Source: Microcystis sp. BLCC-F210 (GTDB taxonomy: Bacteria > Cyanobacteriota > Cyanobacteriia > Cyanobacteriales > Microcystaceae). Taken from it: a DNA stretch of 64,000 nt. Numbering within the stretch: the stretch's first letter is position 1; each line of letters opens with the position of its first letter. The stretch is from contig NZ_CP169647.1 in the NCBI RefSeq assembly GCF_042134685.1, positions 1,550,585 through 1,614,584 of the forward strand, in the 5' to 3' direction. The notes under the pieces were generated by a model. That model was not told the origin of the DNA, searched no databases, and saw only the letters and a program-made list of their open reading frames with translations. Positions 30,025 to 39,177 of this stretch are shown here, piece after piece. The position numbers and the translations under genes are program-made.

Positions 30025-31272
30025 ATGATCGAAAGTTCCCCGAAAAACCCCCTAACGATCTTTAAGCAAGCATATAATGCTTTTCTGGCTCTAGGTCAAT
30101 TTAATGGCAACGAAAGAAATCGTGGAGTAATTGCGATCGCTAATGCCATTAAAACTGGCTTTGATCGTATTTTAGAAGCCAATACCCTCGATTTAGAAGT
30201 CAGTCGAGAGATGGCTGTCTCAGAACAAATGATTCGCTGGTTACGATTAACTCCCGAACGTTTAGAGACGACGGTGGAGGTATTACAACAACTAGCGGAA
30301 GCATCGGATCCGCTGCAACAGGTAATTAACGCGGCCTATCAACTTAATCCTTCCCAAACTTATTGTCAAAGGATGCCTTTAGGAGTGATTGCCTTCGTCT
30401 ATGAAGGTTTTCCCGAATTAGCAATGGTAGCGGCGGGATTTTCCCTAAAAAGTGGCAATAGTTTGATTATTCGCGGTTCCAATGCCTCTAGTCATTCCGA
30501 TGGGGTGATTACGGAAATTATCCAAGAAGCATTAGAAGATGTAGGTTTACCGGTGGATTGTGTCAGTGGTTTACCCTGTGATTCTAGTCCCTCCCTAGAG
30601 GAGTTGCTGACCCAGGAAAATTATGTTAATTTGATTATTCCCTACGGTCGGCCTAGTTTAATCGGTCGGGTGAGTCAATTGGCCACGGTTCCCGTTTTGC
30701 GTGCGGCCATGGGAAACTGTTATTTGTATTGGTCTCCTAGTGGCGATTTGGAGTTAGCTCGTCAGGTAATTATCGATAGTCATGGCAGCATACCGGATCC
30801 AGTTAACGCGATCGAAAAAGTTTTAATTAGTCCCCATCAGAATTCTTCGACTTTAAGTCGTTTGTTTAAAAGTTTGCAGGAAAAGGGCTTTAAATTGCGG
30901 GGAGATACCCGATTAGCGGCGGATTTTCCCGATCATTTAACCATTGCTACCGATAATGATTGGCAAAGACCCTATTTAGAAAAAACGGTGGCCTTTAGGT
31001 TAGTGGATACCCTTACTGATGCGATCGCTTGGATTAATAAGTATAGTAGCGGTCACGCGGATTGCATTGTCACCGAATCCTATCGAGAAAGTCGTCAATT
31101 CGCCATGGAGTCCGATAGTGCTTTAGTTTATATCAATTCTTCACCTCGATTTGATCGCAATCCCAAACAGGGAGAATCGGTATTTTTGGGCATTTCCAAC
31201 CAAAAAGGCCAGCGCCGGGGGTTAATCAACCTAGAAACCTTTACCACCCTTAAACAGGTGGTGCAGGGCTAG
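30025..31272 (+). CDS. Gamma-glutamyl phosphate reductase (ProA)-like protein, apparently lacking the catalytic Cys
   Basis: Colinear with ProA (PLGVIAFVYEGFPE ~ PLGVIGVIYEARPN; ALVYINSSPRFDRN...GIS ~ AVYVNASTRFTDG...VS). The position of the ProA active-site Cys (STCNTVE) reads PDPVNAIE. Confidence 0.55.
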   Translation: MIESSPKNPLTIFKQAYNAFLALGQFNGNERNRGVIAIANAIKTGFDRILEANTLDLEVSREMAVSEQMIRWLRLTPERLETTVEVLQQLAEASDPLQQVINAAYQLNPSQTYCQRMPLGVIAFVYEGFPELAMVAAGFSLKSGNSLIIRGSNASSHSDGVITEIIQEALEDVGLPVDCVSGLPCDSSPSLEELLTQENYVNLIIPYGRPSLIGRVSQLATVPVLRAAMGNCYLYWSPSGDLELARQVIIDSHGSIPDPVNAIEKVLISPHQNSSTLSRLFKSLQEKGFKLRGDTRLAADFPDHLTIATDNDWQRPYLEKTVAFRLVDTLTDAIAWINKYSSGHADCIVTESYRESRQFAMESDSALVYINSSPRFDRNPKQGESVFLGISNQKGQRRGLINLETFTTLKQVVQG

Positions 31273-31358
31273 TTTTTTTGAAGTTGGGGTGATGGGATGA
31301 TGGGGAGAATAAATAAAATAATCTACTGAATCCTTACTCCTGTCTCCTGATCACTGCT

Positions 31359-32702
31359 TCAAGAGGGCAATTGTTTAAAATCAAAATTTGTCTCCTTACC
31401 CTTGACAGATGGCTCGGTTTGTGCTATGCGATTGGCCATTTGTACCAGATCCACTCCGGTAGCTTGACGCAATTGTTCAGCAAAGGCAGTCATTTTCGGG
31501 ACAAGATTACTATCACCCCCGTCCACTACCGTCACCGTTTGCACCTGCACTTCTGGCACACTGGCGGCCATTAATTTCAGTAATAACTCCAATTTTTGAT
31601 ATAAAAAGATGTTTTTAGCGTTATTTCCTGCTCCTTGCCAAGAGGCTGCTAATTTTTTGGTTCCTTCCGCTTGCGCTTTCCCCTGTTCGATAATTTTGGC
31701 CGCTTCCCCCCGGGCTTTTGCGATCGCTTGTTGACATTCCGCTGCTGCCGGGGCGATCACATCTGCTTGTAATTGCTGTTTCACCTGCTTAATTCGGGCA
31801 GTTTGTACGGCCACTTCTGCCTGTACCTTAGCTAAATCGGACATAACCACCGATTCTACCTCAGCAATCATGGCGCCGCGTTTAGTTTGAGTGTCGCGCA
31901 CCCGTTTTTCTGCGTCAGCTTTGGCTATTTCTAAATCTTTTTGGATACGACGCAAAGCGGTTAGACGTAGATTCTCGGAATCCTTGATAATCGATGTTTT
32001 TCGGGCTTTTGCTTCGGCTATCCGGGCATCTCTCTGTAATTCGGCTTTTTGCTTCCGTCCGATCGAATCCAGATAACGCACCTCATCGGAAATATTCTGG
32101 ATCTGCAAACTATCCAAAACTAAACCCAATTTTTCCAGATCCTGTTCCGCTTCTTCTAGGAGACTTTTAGCGAAAGCAATCTGATCGGAGTTAGCTTGTT
32201 CTGGGGTTAAATTCGCCAAGACACCGCGCAAATTCCCTTCGAGGGTTTCTTTAGCCAATTGTTCAATTTCCTTGCGTTTCTTGCCCAATAAACGCTCGAT
32301 CGCATTATGAATAATCGGTTCTTCCCCGGCAATTTTAATATTCGCCACCCCAGTGACGATCAACGGCACACCGCCCTTAGAATAGGCATTAACCACCCTG
32401 AGATCGATGATCATGTTGGTCAAGTCCATTCGATACACTTGTTCTAGCATCGGTAAACGAATACTGCTGCCCCCTTTTACCAAACGATAACCGATGGTTT
32501 TGCCCGTGGCCGTGGGACGACGACTACCGGCAAAAATTAAAACTTCACTCGGTTGACAGATGTGGTAGTAGTTACGGATGACTAATAAACCCGCACCTGT
32601 CCCTAAACCGAAAACTCCCAGTAAAACAGCGATAATTTCCATAGATTTTATTACGGTCGATGCTCGGATCAAATTAACTAAATTGTATCCGTCAATTTTC
32701 AA
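31359..32702 (-). CDS. Flotillin / SPFH (band-7) domain membrane protein
   Basis: N-terminal TM, SPFH core, and a long Ala/Glu/Lys/Gln-rich coiled coil. The true start is probably the internal MEIIAVLLG. Confidence 0.7.
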   Translation of the reverse strand: MKIDGYNLVNLIRASTVIKSMEIIAVLLGVFGLGTGAGLLVIRNYYHICQPSEVLIFAGSRRPTATGKTIGYRLVKGGSSIRLPMLEQVYRMDLTNMIIDLRVVNAYSKGGVPLIVTGVANIKIAGEEPIIHNAIERLLGKKRKEIEQLAKETLEGNLRGVLANLTPEQANSDQIAFAKSLLEEAEQDLEKLGLVLDSLQIQNISDEVRYLDSIGRKQKAELQRDARIAEAKARKTSIIKDSENLRLTALRRIQKDLEIAKADAEKRVRDTQTKRGAMIAEVESVVMSDLAKVQAEVAVQTARIKQVKQQLQADVIAPAAAECQQAIAKARGEAAKIIEQGKAQAEGTKKLAASWQGAGNNAKNIFLYQKLELLLKLMAASVPEVQVQTVTVVDGGDSNLVPKMTAFAEQLRQATGVDLVQMANRIAQTEPSVKGKETNFDFKQLPS

Positions 32703-32864
32703 CTTTGACAGACCAGTAGTCTAGTAGGGTGTAGGTACATCGAAAATTAAAGTAAGTTAATGATAGAGTAAAATCCCCTAGTTTTATCTTGAATTCAATC
32801 AAATTGCTTCTAAAATCCACACATAACTTTATTCGTAGAGCAAATTATTCAATGATATGAATAA

Positions 32865-32999
32865 TCTCAAAAAATCTCTCGGCATTTGTTGACCGTCGCT
32901 TCTTCTGCTGTGGGTGTCCCTGAACCTACGAGTGTTCTTAGTTATATCCCACTGGGCGGTTTAATGCTAGGGGGTGCTGTCCGCAAAGCGAGAAAATAA
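32865..32999 (+). pseudogene. 3' remnant of a PEP-CTERM protein gene
   Basis: Open frame from a TAA at 32862 with no Met. It ends ...VPEPTSVLSYIPLGGLMLGGAVRKARK*, which is 90% identical to the tail of 34108..34878. The downstream hairpin and the Uma2 gene end are duplicated too. Confidence 0.55.
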
Positions 33000-33005
33000 T
33001 GTCCC

Positions 33006-33041
33006 AGAGAGAGGAGGCGCGGGTTTCCTCTCTCTTTTTTG
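33006..33041 (+). terminator. Hairpin plus T/G-run after the PEP-CTERM remnant (duplicate of 34888..34923)
   Basis: AGAGAGAGGAGG-CGCGGGTTT-CCTCTCTCT followed by TTTTTGGGGGGG. Confidence 0.45.
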
Positions 33042-33055
33042 GGGGGGTTTTAGCT

Positions 33056-33850
33056 TCAGGTTTCAGGATCTATCCCTAATTCCCGCAATCGTGCCGCTAG
33101 TTGTTCTGCTCGTTGTTTAGCCGCAGAAGCCTCTTGTTTAGCCGCAGAAGCCTCTTGTTTAGCCGCAATTAACTCCTCATCGGCAAGAGGAATCAACTCT
33201 CCCTCCAGCGTCAACCAGCGCAACCATAGCCGCTCAATCCCCCGATAGGAACCTTGCCACAAACCCAAGCTCAATTCCAGTTGAGGAATCGGTAAGCGTC
33301 CCTCCACTAAGGTCACGGGTTGGTAATGACCGCCTACCAGTTCAAACGCTTGAAGTTGGTTAGTATAGCGGCTAAAAACTACATAGTAGGGAACCTGCAA
33401 AATCTGTTCATAAACTGTCCACTTAGTTGGCGGTTCTTCTGGTTGGCGTAGTTCTTCTCCTAAATCTTGATTTTCCGTACCTGGAGACAATAATTCCACC
33501 ACAATCCCAGGGGAAACCCCTTCCTGCCAAATCACATAACTTAAGCGCAGGTCATGGCCATCGTAGAGACGAGGAACACCAACCACCCCAAACCAATCAG
33601 GACGCTTGTACCATTGAGGGTGTCTGACATCGTAGTAAAGGTTAAGGTCAGCGGCGCTAAAAACTAGCTCTGGTTCCCAGTTGGGAGGCTGAAAAGTCAG
33701 CAGTAATAACTGAGGTTGTAATAGGTGAAATTCGTCAGGCAAACCGGGTTCAAGTGGATTATCACTAGGTAAATCGTACATCGTCGGCAGGGATTGCCGG
33801 GGGGAAAGGGAAGGGTCAGATTGGGGAATGGTGAAGGTAGGTGTAGTCAT
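33056..33850 (-). CDS. Uma2-family (DUF820, PD-(D/E)XK) endonuclease, intact paralog
   Basis: The LPTMYDLPSDNPLEPGLPDEFH...QPQLL..TF N-terminus is typical of the cyanobacterial Uma2 family. 264 aa. Confidence 0.7.
   Translation of the reverse strand: MTTPTFTIPQSDPSLSPRQSLPTMYDLPSDNPLEPGLPDEFHLLQPQLLLLTFQPPNWEPELVFSAADLNLYYDVRHPQWYKRPDWFGVVGVPRLYDGHDLRLSYVIWQEGVSPGIVVELLSPGTENQDLGEELRQPEEPPTKWTVYEQILQVPYYVVFSRYTNQLQAFELVGGHYQPVTLVEGRLPIPQLELSLGLWQGSYRGIERLWLRWLTLEGELIPLADEELIAAKQEASAAKQEASAAKQRAEQLAARLRELGIDPET
33121..33162. repeat. 21-bp coding VNTR (2 units) in the Uma2 gene (AAKQEAS repeat)
   Basis: ccgcagaagcctcttgtttag x2. The paralog at 35071..35133 has 3 units. Confidence 0.8.
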
Positions 33851-34107
33851 TTCAGTTATCAGTTATCAGTTATCAGTTACCACTCAGACCTCTCAAACAT
33901 TGTAACTGTGATTACTGTAGCGGCGTCAGCCCCTGGGGAAAAGAATGTAAATATTTATTAAATTGTAGCTTTTGATACAACGCGGGGGGGGAAAGTGTGT
34001 ACCCTCTTGAATGTTAGGTTCGCTGGTCATTGTTTTGGGTTGCCCTATTGCTTAACCCAAATCTAAATGTCCTAAGCACTCAAATCATCTACCATTAACC
34101 CTTTGTT

Positions 34108-34878
34108 ATGAAATTACAACTCGGCATTGTCTCCGCCGGGGTTGCCCTGGCAACTCTGGGAACCAGTGCGGCACAAGCTGCTTTCGTGGTCGTCCCTACT
34201 GACTTGGCTCCTGGCGATCAGTATCGTTTGGTGTTTGTGACTGCTGGCACGCGGGATGCCCAGTCCCTCAACATCGACGACTACAATACCTTTGTCACCA
34301 ATCAAGCCACAGGAGGAACCCCAGGGATTGATACGGCTCTCGATACGGCTTTAAATGGGGCAGGATTTGACCTTAGTACGATTACTTGGAAGGCGATCGG
34401 TTCTACGAGCGCAGTCGATGCTCGTGATAATACAGGTACTAATCCATCGAGCACGGGTGTTCCCATCTACCTGATAGATGGCAACCGGGTCGCCAACAAT
34501 AATGCCGATCTCTGGGATGGGTCTCTCCAACACCCCATAAATCGAAATAACCTGGATGAAATCTCCTCTCATAACAGAATCTGGACAGGATCTAACGAAA
34601 CGGGCCAGCGGACGAATTTATCTGGTTATGCTGCGTATCTGGGGTCGGATAGTACGCTGGGCGTTCGGACGGGGGACCGCTCCCTTACCGATTCGGGTTG
34701 GATCGCCAGGAGCTCCTCGCTCTTTTTTAGCTCGTGGGGTTTATATGCGATGTCGAGTGTGTTGACCGTGCCCGTCCAGCCTGAGCCTGTAACTGTCCCC
34801 GAACCCTCGAGCCTTCTTGGTTATATCACACTGGGCGGTTTAATGCTAGGGGGTGCTGTCCGCAAAGCAAGGAAATAA
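34108..34878 (+). CDS. Secreted PEP-CTERM sorting-domain protein
   Basis: Signal peptide (AGVALATLGTSAAQA), then a C-terminal PEP motif, hydrophobic helix and basic tail: VPEPSSLLGYITLGGLMLGGAVRKARK. Confidence 0.75.
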   Translation: MKLQLGIVSAGVALATLGTSAAQAAFVVVPTDLAPGDQYRLVFVTAGTRDAQSLNIDDYNTFVTNQATGGTPGIDTALDTALNGAGFDLSTITWKAIGSTSAVDARDNTGTNPSSTGVPIYLIDGNRVANNNADLWDGSLQHPINRNNLDEISSHNRIWTGSNETGQRTNLSGYAAYLGSDSTLGVRTGDRSLTDSGWIARSSSLFFSSWGLYAMSSVLTVPVQPEPVTVPEPSSLLGYITLGGLMLGGAVRKARK

Positions 34879-34887
34879 TGCCTACAA

Positions 34888-34923
34888 GGGAGAGGAGACG
34901 CGGGTTTCCTCTCTCTTTTTTTG
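34888..34923 (+). terminator. Rho-independent terminator of the PEP-CTERM gene
   Basis: GGGAGAGGAGA-CGCGGGTTT-CCTCTCTC followed by TTTTTTTGGGGGG. Confidence 0.5.
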
Positions 34924-34988
34924 GGGGGTTTTTAATTCCTGGTTCCAAGGCTCTGCCTTGGAACCAAACATTTAGGCTCTGCCTAAAT

Positions 34989-35881
34989 TTAAAAGTCAAT
35001 CTGAGGAATAGTTTCAGGATCTATCCCTAATTCCCGCAATCGTGCCGCTAGTTGTTCTGCTCGTTGTTTCGCCGCAGAAGCCTCTTGTTTCGCCGCAGAA
35101 GCCTCTTGTTTCGCCGCAGAAGCCTCTTGTTTCGCCGCAATTAACTCCTCATCGGCCAGGGGAATCAACTCTCCCTCCAGCGTCAACCAGCGCAACCATA
35201 GCCGCTCAATCCCCCGATAGGAACCTTGCCACAAACCCAAGCTCAATTCCAGTGGAGGAATCGGTAAGCGTCCCTGCACTAAAGCTACGGGTTGGTAATA
35301 ACCACCTACCAGTTCAAACGCTTGAAGTTGGTTAGTATAGCGACTGAAAACCACATAGTAGGGAATCCGCAGAATCTGTTCATAAACTGTCCACTTAGTT
35401 GGCGGTTCCCCGGGTTGGCGTAGTTCTTGTCCTAAATCTTGATTTTCCGTACCTGGAGACAATAATTCCACCACAATCGTCGGGGAAACCCCTTCCTGCC
35501 AGATCACATAGCTTAAGCGCAGGTCATGGCCATCGTAGAGACGAGGAACACCAACGACCCCAAACCAATCGGGACGCTTGTACCATTGTGGGCGTCTGAC
35601 ATTGTAGTAAAGGTTAAGGTCAGCGCCGCTAAAAACTAGGTCTGGTTCCCAGTTGGGGGCTGGAAAGTCAGCAGTAATAACTGAGGTTGTAATAGGTGAA
35701 ATTCGTCAGGCAAACCGGGTTCCAGTGGATTGTCGCTAGGTAAATCGTACATCGTCGGCAAGGATTGCCGGGGGGAAAGGGGAGGGTCAGATTGGGGAAT
35801 GGTGAAGCTAGGTGTCGTCATAATTTTATTTGAGAAAACGGGTTTCTGAAATAAACCCGTCTTTTGGGGAGCATCCTGCAC
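34989..35881 (-). pseudogene. Uma2-family endonuclease paralog, frameshifted (fragments 35636..35881 and 34989..35507)
   Basis: The N-part and C-part are in different frames. It carries 3 units of the 21-bp VNTR (35071..35133). Confidence 0.6.
35071..35133. repeat. 21-bp coding VNTR (3 units) in the Uma2 pseudogene
   Basis: gccgcagaagcctcttgtttc x3. Confidence 0.8.
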
Positions 35882-35882
35882 G

Positions 35883-36293
35883 CTAGGGTAATTTCTGAAA
35901 CCCGGCTTGCAGGAAATGATTATCTAAGCTGAGAGCCGTGAAAATGCGGCGGTTTTCCATCACGATAAATGAGAGACAATCAGTCAGAGAGTAAGATTTA
36001 TCTTGATATTTTTGAAAATATTGCCAACCTCGGTCGAACAAATCTCGGTCAATTTCTATTAATTCGATGTCGGGACTTTCCCGCAGCCGCTTCCCAATTT
36101 CAACCGCTTTACCGTGAAGATTTCTACTGTTAAAAAAGGTGACAGTTTCATCAAAGACATAAGTGGTAGTCACCAAAAAGGGTTTAGACAGGGCGAGAGT
36201 AAGCCAGTTTTGTAGGACTTGCTCATGAGCATCTTCATTTGCTATTTCTAGGGCAATGATATAGCTGGTATCGAGGAAATAGCTCTTGTTCAT
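35883..36293 (-). CDS. vapC: PIN-domain toxin (VapC-like)
   Basis: FLDTSYIIAL ... DETV...D...D..S pattern of PIN acidic residues. 136 aa. Confidence 0.65.
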   Translation of the reverse strand: MNKSYFLDTSYIIALEIANEDAHEQVLQNWLTLALSKPFLVTTTYVFDETVTFFNSRNLHGKAVEIGKRLRESPDIELIEIDRDLFDRGWQYFQKYQDKSYSLTDCLSFIVMENRRIFTALSLDNHFLQAGFQKLP

Positions 36294-36499
36294 TGTCCGT
36301 AGAGGTAGCGGTCGTGGTGAATTGCCCCGTCTTTGACCTCACATTCGACCGGATTCTTGCCTAAATCCCAGATTGAGGTCTGGCGGGGGGCGGGGGTAAT
36401 AATAATTTGACCTTCTTGTTGAATTAATTCGACTTCTTGGCTTTCGCCCAATAATTCTTTAGGAATTAGCAATCCTTCCTCTGTGACTTTCAATTTCAT
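36290..36499 (-). CDS. vapB: AbrB/SpoVT-like antitoxin (VapB-like)
   Basis: 69 aa. MKLKVTEEGLLIPKELL swapped-hairpin type N-terminus. 4-bp overlap with the PIN gene. Confidence 0.55.
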   Translation of the reverse strand: MKLKVTEEGLLIPKELLGESQEVELIQQEGQIIITPAPRQTSIWDLGKNPVECEVKDGAIHHDRYLYGQ

Positions 36500-36500
36500 C

Positions 36501-36971
36501 CTATTCTCCTTTTCGGGTTTGATAATAGCTTGATTTTGACATATTAGTTGGCGGTTCCCCGGGTTGGCGTAGTTCTTGTCCTACATCTTGATTTTCCGTA
36601 CCTGGAGACAATAATTCCACCACAATCGTCGGGGAAACCCCTTCCTGCCAGATCACATAGCTTAAGCGCAGGTCATGGCCATCGTAGAGACGAGGAACAC
36701 CAACCACCCCAAACCAATCGGGACGCTTGTACCATTGCGGGTGTCTGACATTGTAGTAAAGGTTAAGGTCAGCGCCGCTAAAAACTAGGTCTGGTTCCCA
36801 GTTGGGGGGCTGGAAAGTCAGCAGTAATAACTGAGGTTGTAATAGGTGAAATTCGTCAGGCAAACCGGGTTCCAGTGGATTGTCGCTAGGTAAATCGTAC
36901 ATCGTCGGCAAGGATTGCCGGGGGGAAAGGGGAAGGTCAGATTGGGGAATGGTGAAGCTAGGTGTCGTCAT
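36501..36971 (-). pseudogene. Uma2-family endonuclease paralog truncated after ~140 codons at the vapBC cassette junction
   Basis: Identical to the other paralogs up to ...LRQPGEPPT, then it diverges (NMSKSSYYQTRKGE*) exactly where the vapB upstream sequence begins. Confidence 0.55.
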
Positions 36972-37165
36972 TTCAGTTATCAGTTATCAGTTATCACTCA
37001 GACCTCTCAAACATTGTAGTTTTGTAGCGACTGTCTTGATTGTCAAGGGGTAACTCAAAAAACAATCAAGGAGTTGCTGTCGAACCTAAAATCTCAAGCC
37101 AGAAAAAAGCGCAGCAAAAACTAAGTCGCTCAGGTTAAACCAAAGCAAGCGCAACCCTTGATCAG

Positions 37166-37287
37166 CAGCAATTCTCATTTTGAAACGATTTTGCGTTGTT
37201 TCAGCGATCTAGAGATTCGTTAAGAATTATTAACCCCTCTGGGTGCAAGGGTTTTAATGTCATGAAACCTTAAAATGAGAATTGCTG
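37166..37287 (+). mobile_element. MITE family C, copy B
   Basis: See 28975..29096. It is in tandem with copy C, separated by a palindrome AAAACGGGTTTCTGAAAGAAACCCGTTTT. Confidence 0.7.
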
Positions 37288-37386
37288 TTGATTCATAAAT
37301 CAACCCTACCCGAAATCGTAGAGCAGGGGGGGTGGGAAAGGGGAGTATTTAGAAAACGGGTTTCTGAAAGAAACCCGTTTTCTAGG

Positions 37387-37508
37387 CAGCAATTCTCATT
37401 TTGAAACGATTTTGCGTTGTTTCAGCGATCTAGAGATTCGTTAAGAATTATTAACCCCTCTGGGTGCAAGGGTTTTAATGTCATGAAACCTTAAAATGAG
37501 AATTGCTG
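37387..37508 (+). mobile_element. MITE family C, copy C
   Basis: See 28975..29096. Confidence 0.7.
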
Positions 37509-37568
37509 TTTTCTAGGGGTGGGAGTATGTCAAACTAAAAAGTAAAGCTTAGACAGCCTATCTTTATC

Positions 37569-39083
37569 ATGCCAGATCAGCCAATCTCGATCGCCCAATA
37601 CTACCACGAGCGGACCAAATACGACCCCCAGACGATCGCCTCAAAAAGTAAAGGTCTTGATTGGAGTCAACAACCCTATCCCTTCAAAGAATACAAAATC
37701 GGTCAGACTTTCGATCTCAAACCCTACCTCTCCCGTCAAGCAGTTCCCCAAAAAGGAGACTTTTGGCGACGTATATCGCGAATTTTGGGCTGTAGCTATG
37801 GTTTAACTGCCAAAATCGCCACTATGGGTAGTCCCTTGTACCTGCGTTCCGCACCCTCTGCTGGTGGATTATACCCCGCCGAGGTTTATCTGATCTCCCG
37901 TGGTACGGAATTTTTACCCGCCGGTCTCTACAGTTATCAAGGTCAAAGTCACTCGCTGCTTTTATTCTGGGAAAGTGATGTCTGGACGAACCTACAATCT
38001 GCTTGTTTCTGGAATCCTGTTTTAGAAAATACCGATATCGCTTTAGTTACCAGTGCCATTTTTTATCGATCCGCTTGGCGCTACGAAGATCGAGCTTATC
38101 GGCGTATTTTCCTAGATACAGGGCATTTATTGGGCAATATTGAGCTATCAGCCTCGATTAATGACTATCGCGCTCATTTAATCGGTGGTTTTAACGATAG
38201 TCAGATGAATGAATTGCTTTATCTCGATTCCGAGAAAGAAAGTGTCATGACGGTGATTCCTTTGGCAGATCTGCTCAATATCCAGCAAAATCTCCCCCCT
38301 AGTACCACGGCACTCCCTTCGGCAACCACGACTCTTTATCCCAAAATTGCCGAGGGAGAATTATTAAACTCTCTACACCGAGCGACTATCATAGCCACAG
38401 ATGAGAAGATAGAAGCAAATATTACCCCCTCTAATTGGGAAGATAAATATAATTTTCCTTTTTGTCTAAAAGTTTCCGTGACATCCCGTCCCGTCAATTG
38501 GGGGGAAGATTTAATCGATCTGGAAAGTACGATGCTTAAACGCAGATCTACCCGCGCTTATAGTGGTGCTAGTCTCAGTTTAGACGAATTGCGAGCGCTG
38601 CTGCATTTTACCTATCAACCCCAAGATTATACCGACCAAAATCTCGATCCCAATCCCGATTATTTTGATCTAGACTTATTGGAAACTTTTATCGCTGTTT
38701 CGGCAGTAACCGGATTAGAGGAAGGCTGTTATTATTATGCTCCTAAAGCTCAAGAATTGCGGCAAATTCGCTTTAAAAATTTCCGGCAAGAGTTACATTA
38801 TCTCTGTTTAGGTCAGGATTTGGGACGGGATGCGGCTGCTGTGGTTTTTCATACGGCGGATCTGTCAAAAGCAGTGGCTAAATACGGCGATCGAGTTTAT
38901 CGTTATCTTCATGCAGATGCGGGTCATTTGGGACAGAGATTAAATTTAGCGGCTATTCATCTGGGGTTAGGGGTTAGTGGTATCGGTGGTTTTTTTGATG
39001 ATCAAGTTAATGAAGTGTTAGGAATTCCCTCCGATGAAGCAGTTATCTATATCACTACTTTAGGCCGACCGAAGGTTTTTTAG
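37569..39083 (+). CDS. SagB-type dehydrogenase / tandem nitroreductase-fold protein
   Basis: 504 aa. N-terminal YYHERTKYDP and LRSAPSAGGLYPAEVYL (SagB-type signature). The second half has KRRSTRAYSG (nitroreductase RRSxR motif). Confidence 0.6.
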   Translation: MPDQPISIAQYYHERTKYDPQTIASKSKGLDWSQQPYPFKEYKIGQTFDLKPYLSRQAVPQKGDFWRRISRILGCSYGLTAKIATMGSPLYLRSAPSAGGLYPAEVYLISRGTEFLPAGLYSYQGQSHSLLLFWESDVWTNLQSACFWNPVLENTDIALVTSAIFYRSAWRYEDRAYRRIFLDTGHLLGNIELSASINDYRAHLIGGFNDSQMNELLYLDSEKESVMTVIPLADLLNIQQNLPPSTTALPSATTTLYPKIAEGELLNSLHRATIIATDEKIEANITPSNWEDKYNFPFCLKVSVTSRPVNWGEDLIDLESTMLKRRSTRAYSGASLSLDELRALLHFTYQPQDYTDQNLDPNPDYFDLDLLETFIAVSAVTGLEEGCYYYAPKAQELRQIRFKNFRQELHYLCLGQDLGRDAAAVVFHTADLSKAVAKYGDRVYRYLHADAGHLGQRLNLAAIHLGLGVSGIGGFFDDQVNEVLGIPSDEAVIYITTLGRPKVF

Positions 39084-39177
39084 GGTGAGTTTGAACCACT
39101 GAAGGGATGACAAGGAGGCTGAGGTCGTAGTAATCTGTACCTTGACGGATGCACTTTCTCGCTGGGACGTATTTTGT

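Noticed and set aside
34114-34765. Three ORFs overlapping the PEP-CTERM gene
   Set aside because: Alternate-frame or antisense artefacts of a GC-rich coding region.
37569-39083. TOMM/cyanobactin-type (YcaO-dependent azoline) cluster implied by the SagB-type dehydrogenase
   Set aside because: No YcaO cyclodehydratase, precursor peptide or protease is in the window. The dehydrogenase is read as a tailoring enzyme of the adjacent HDO-cupin operon, or as stand-alone.
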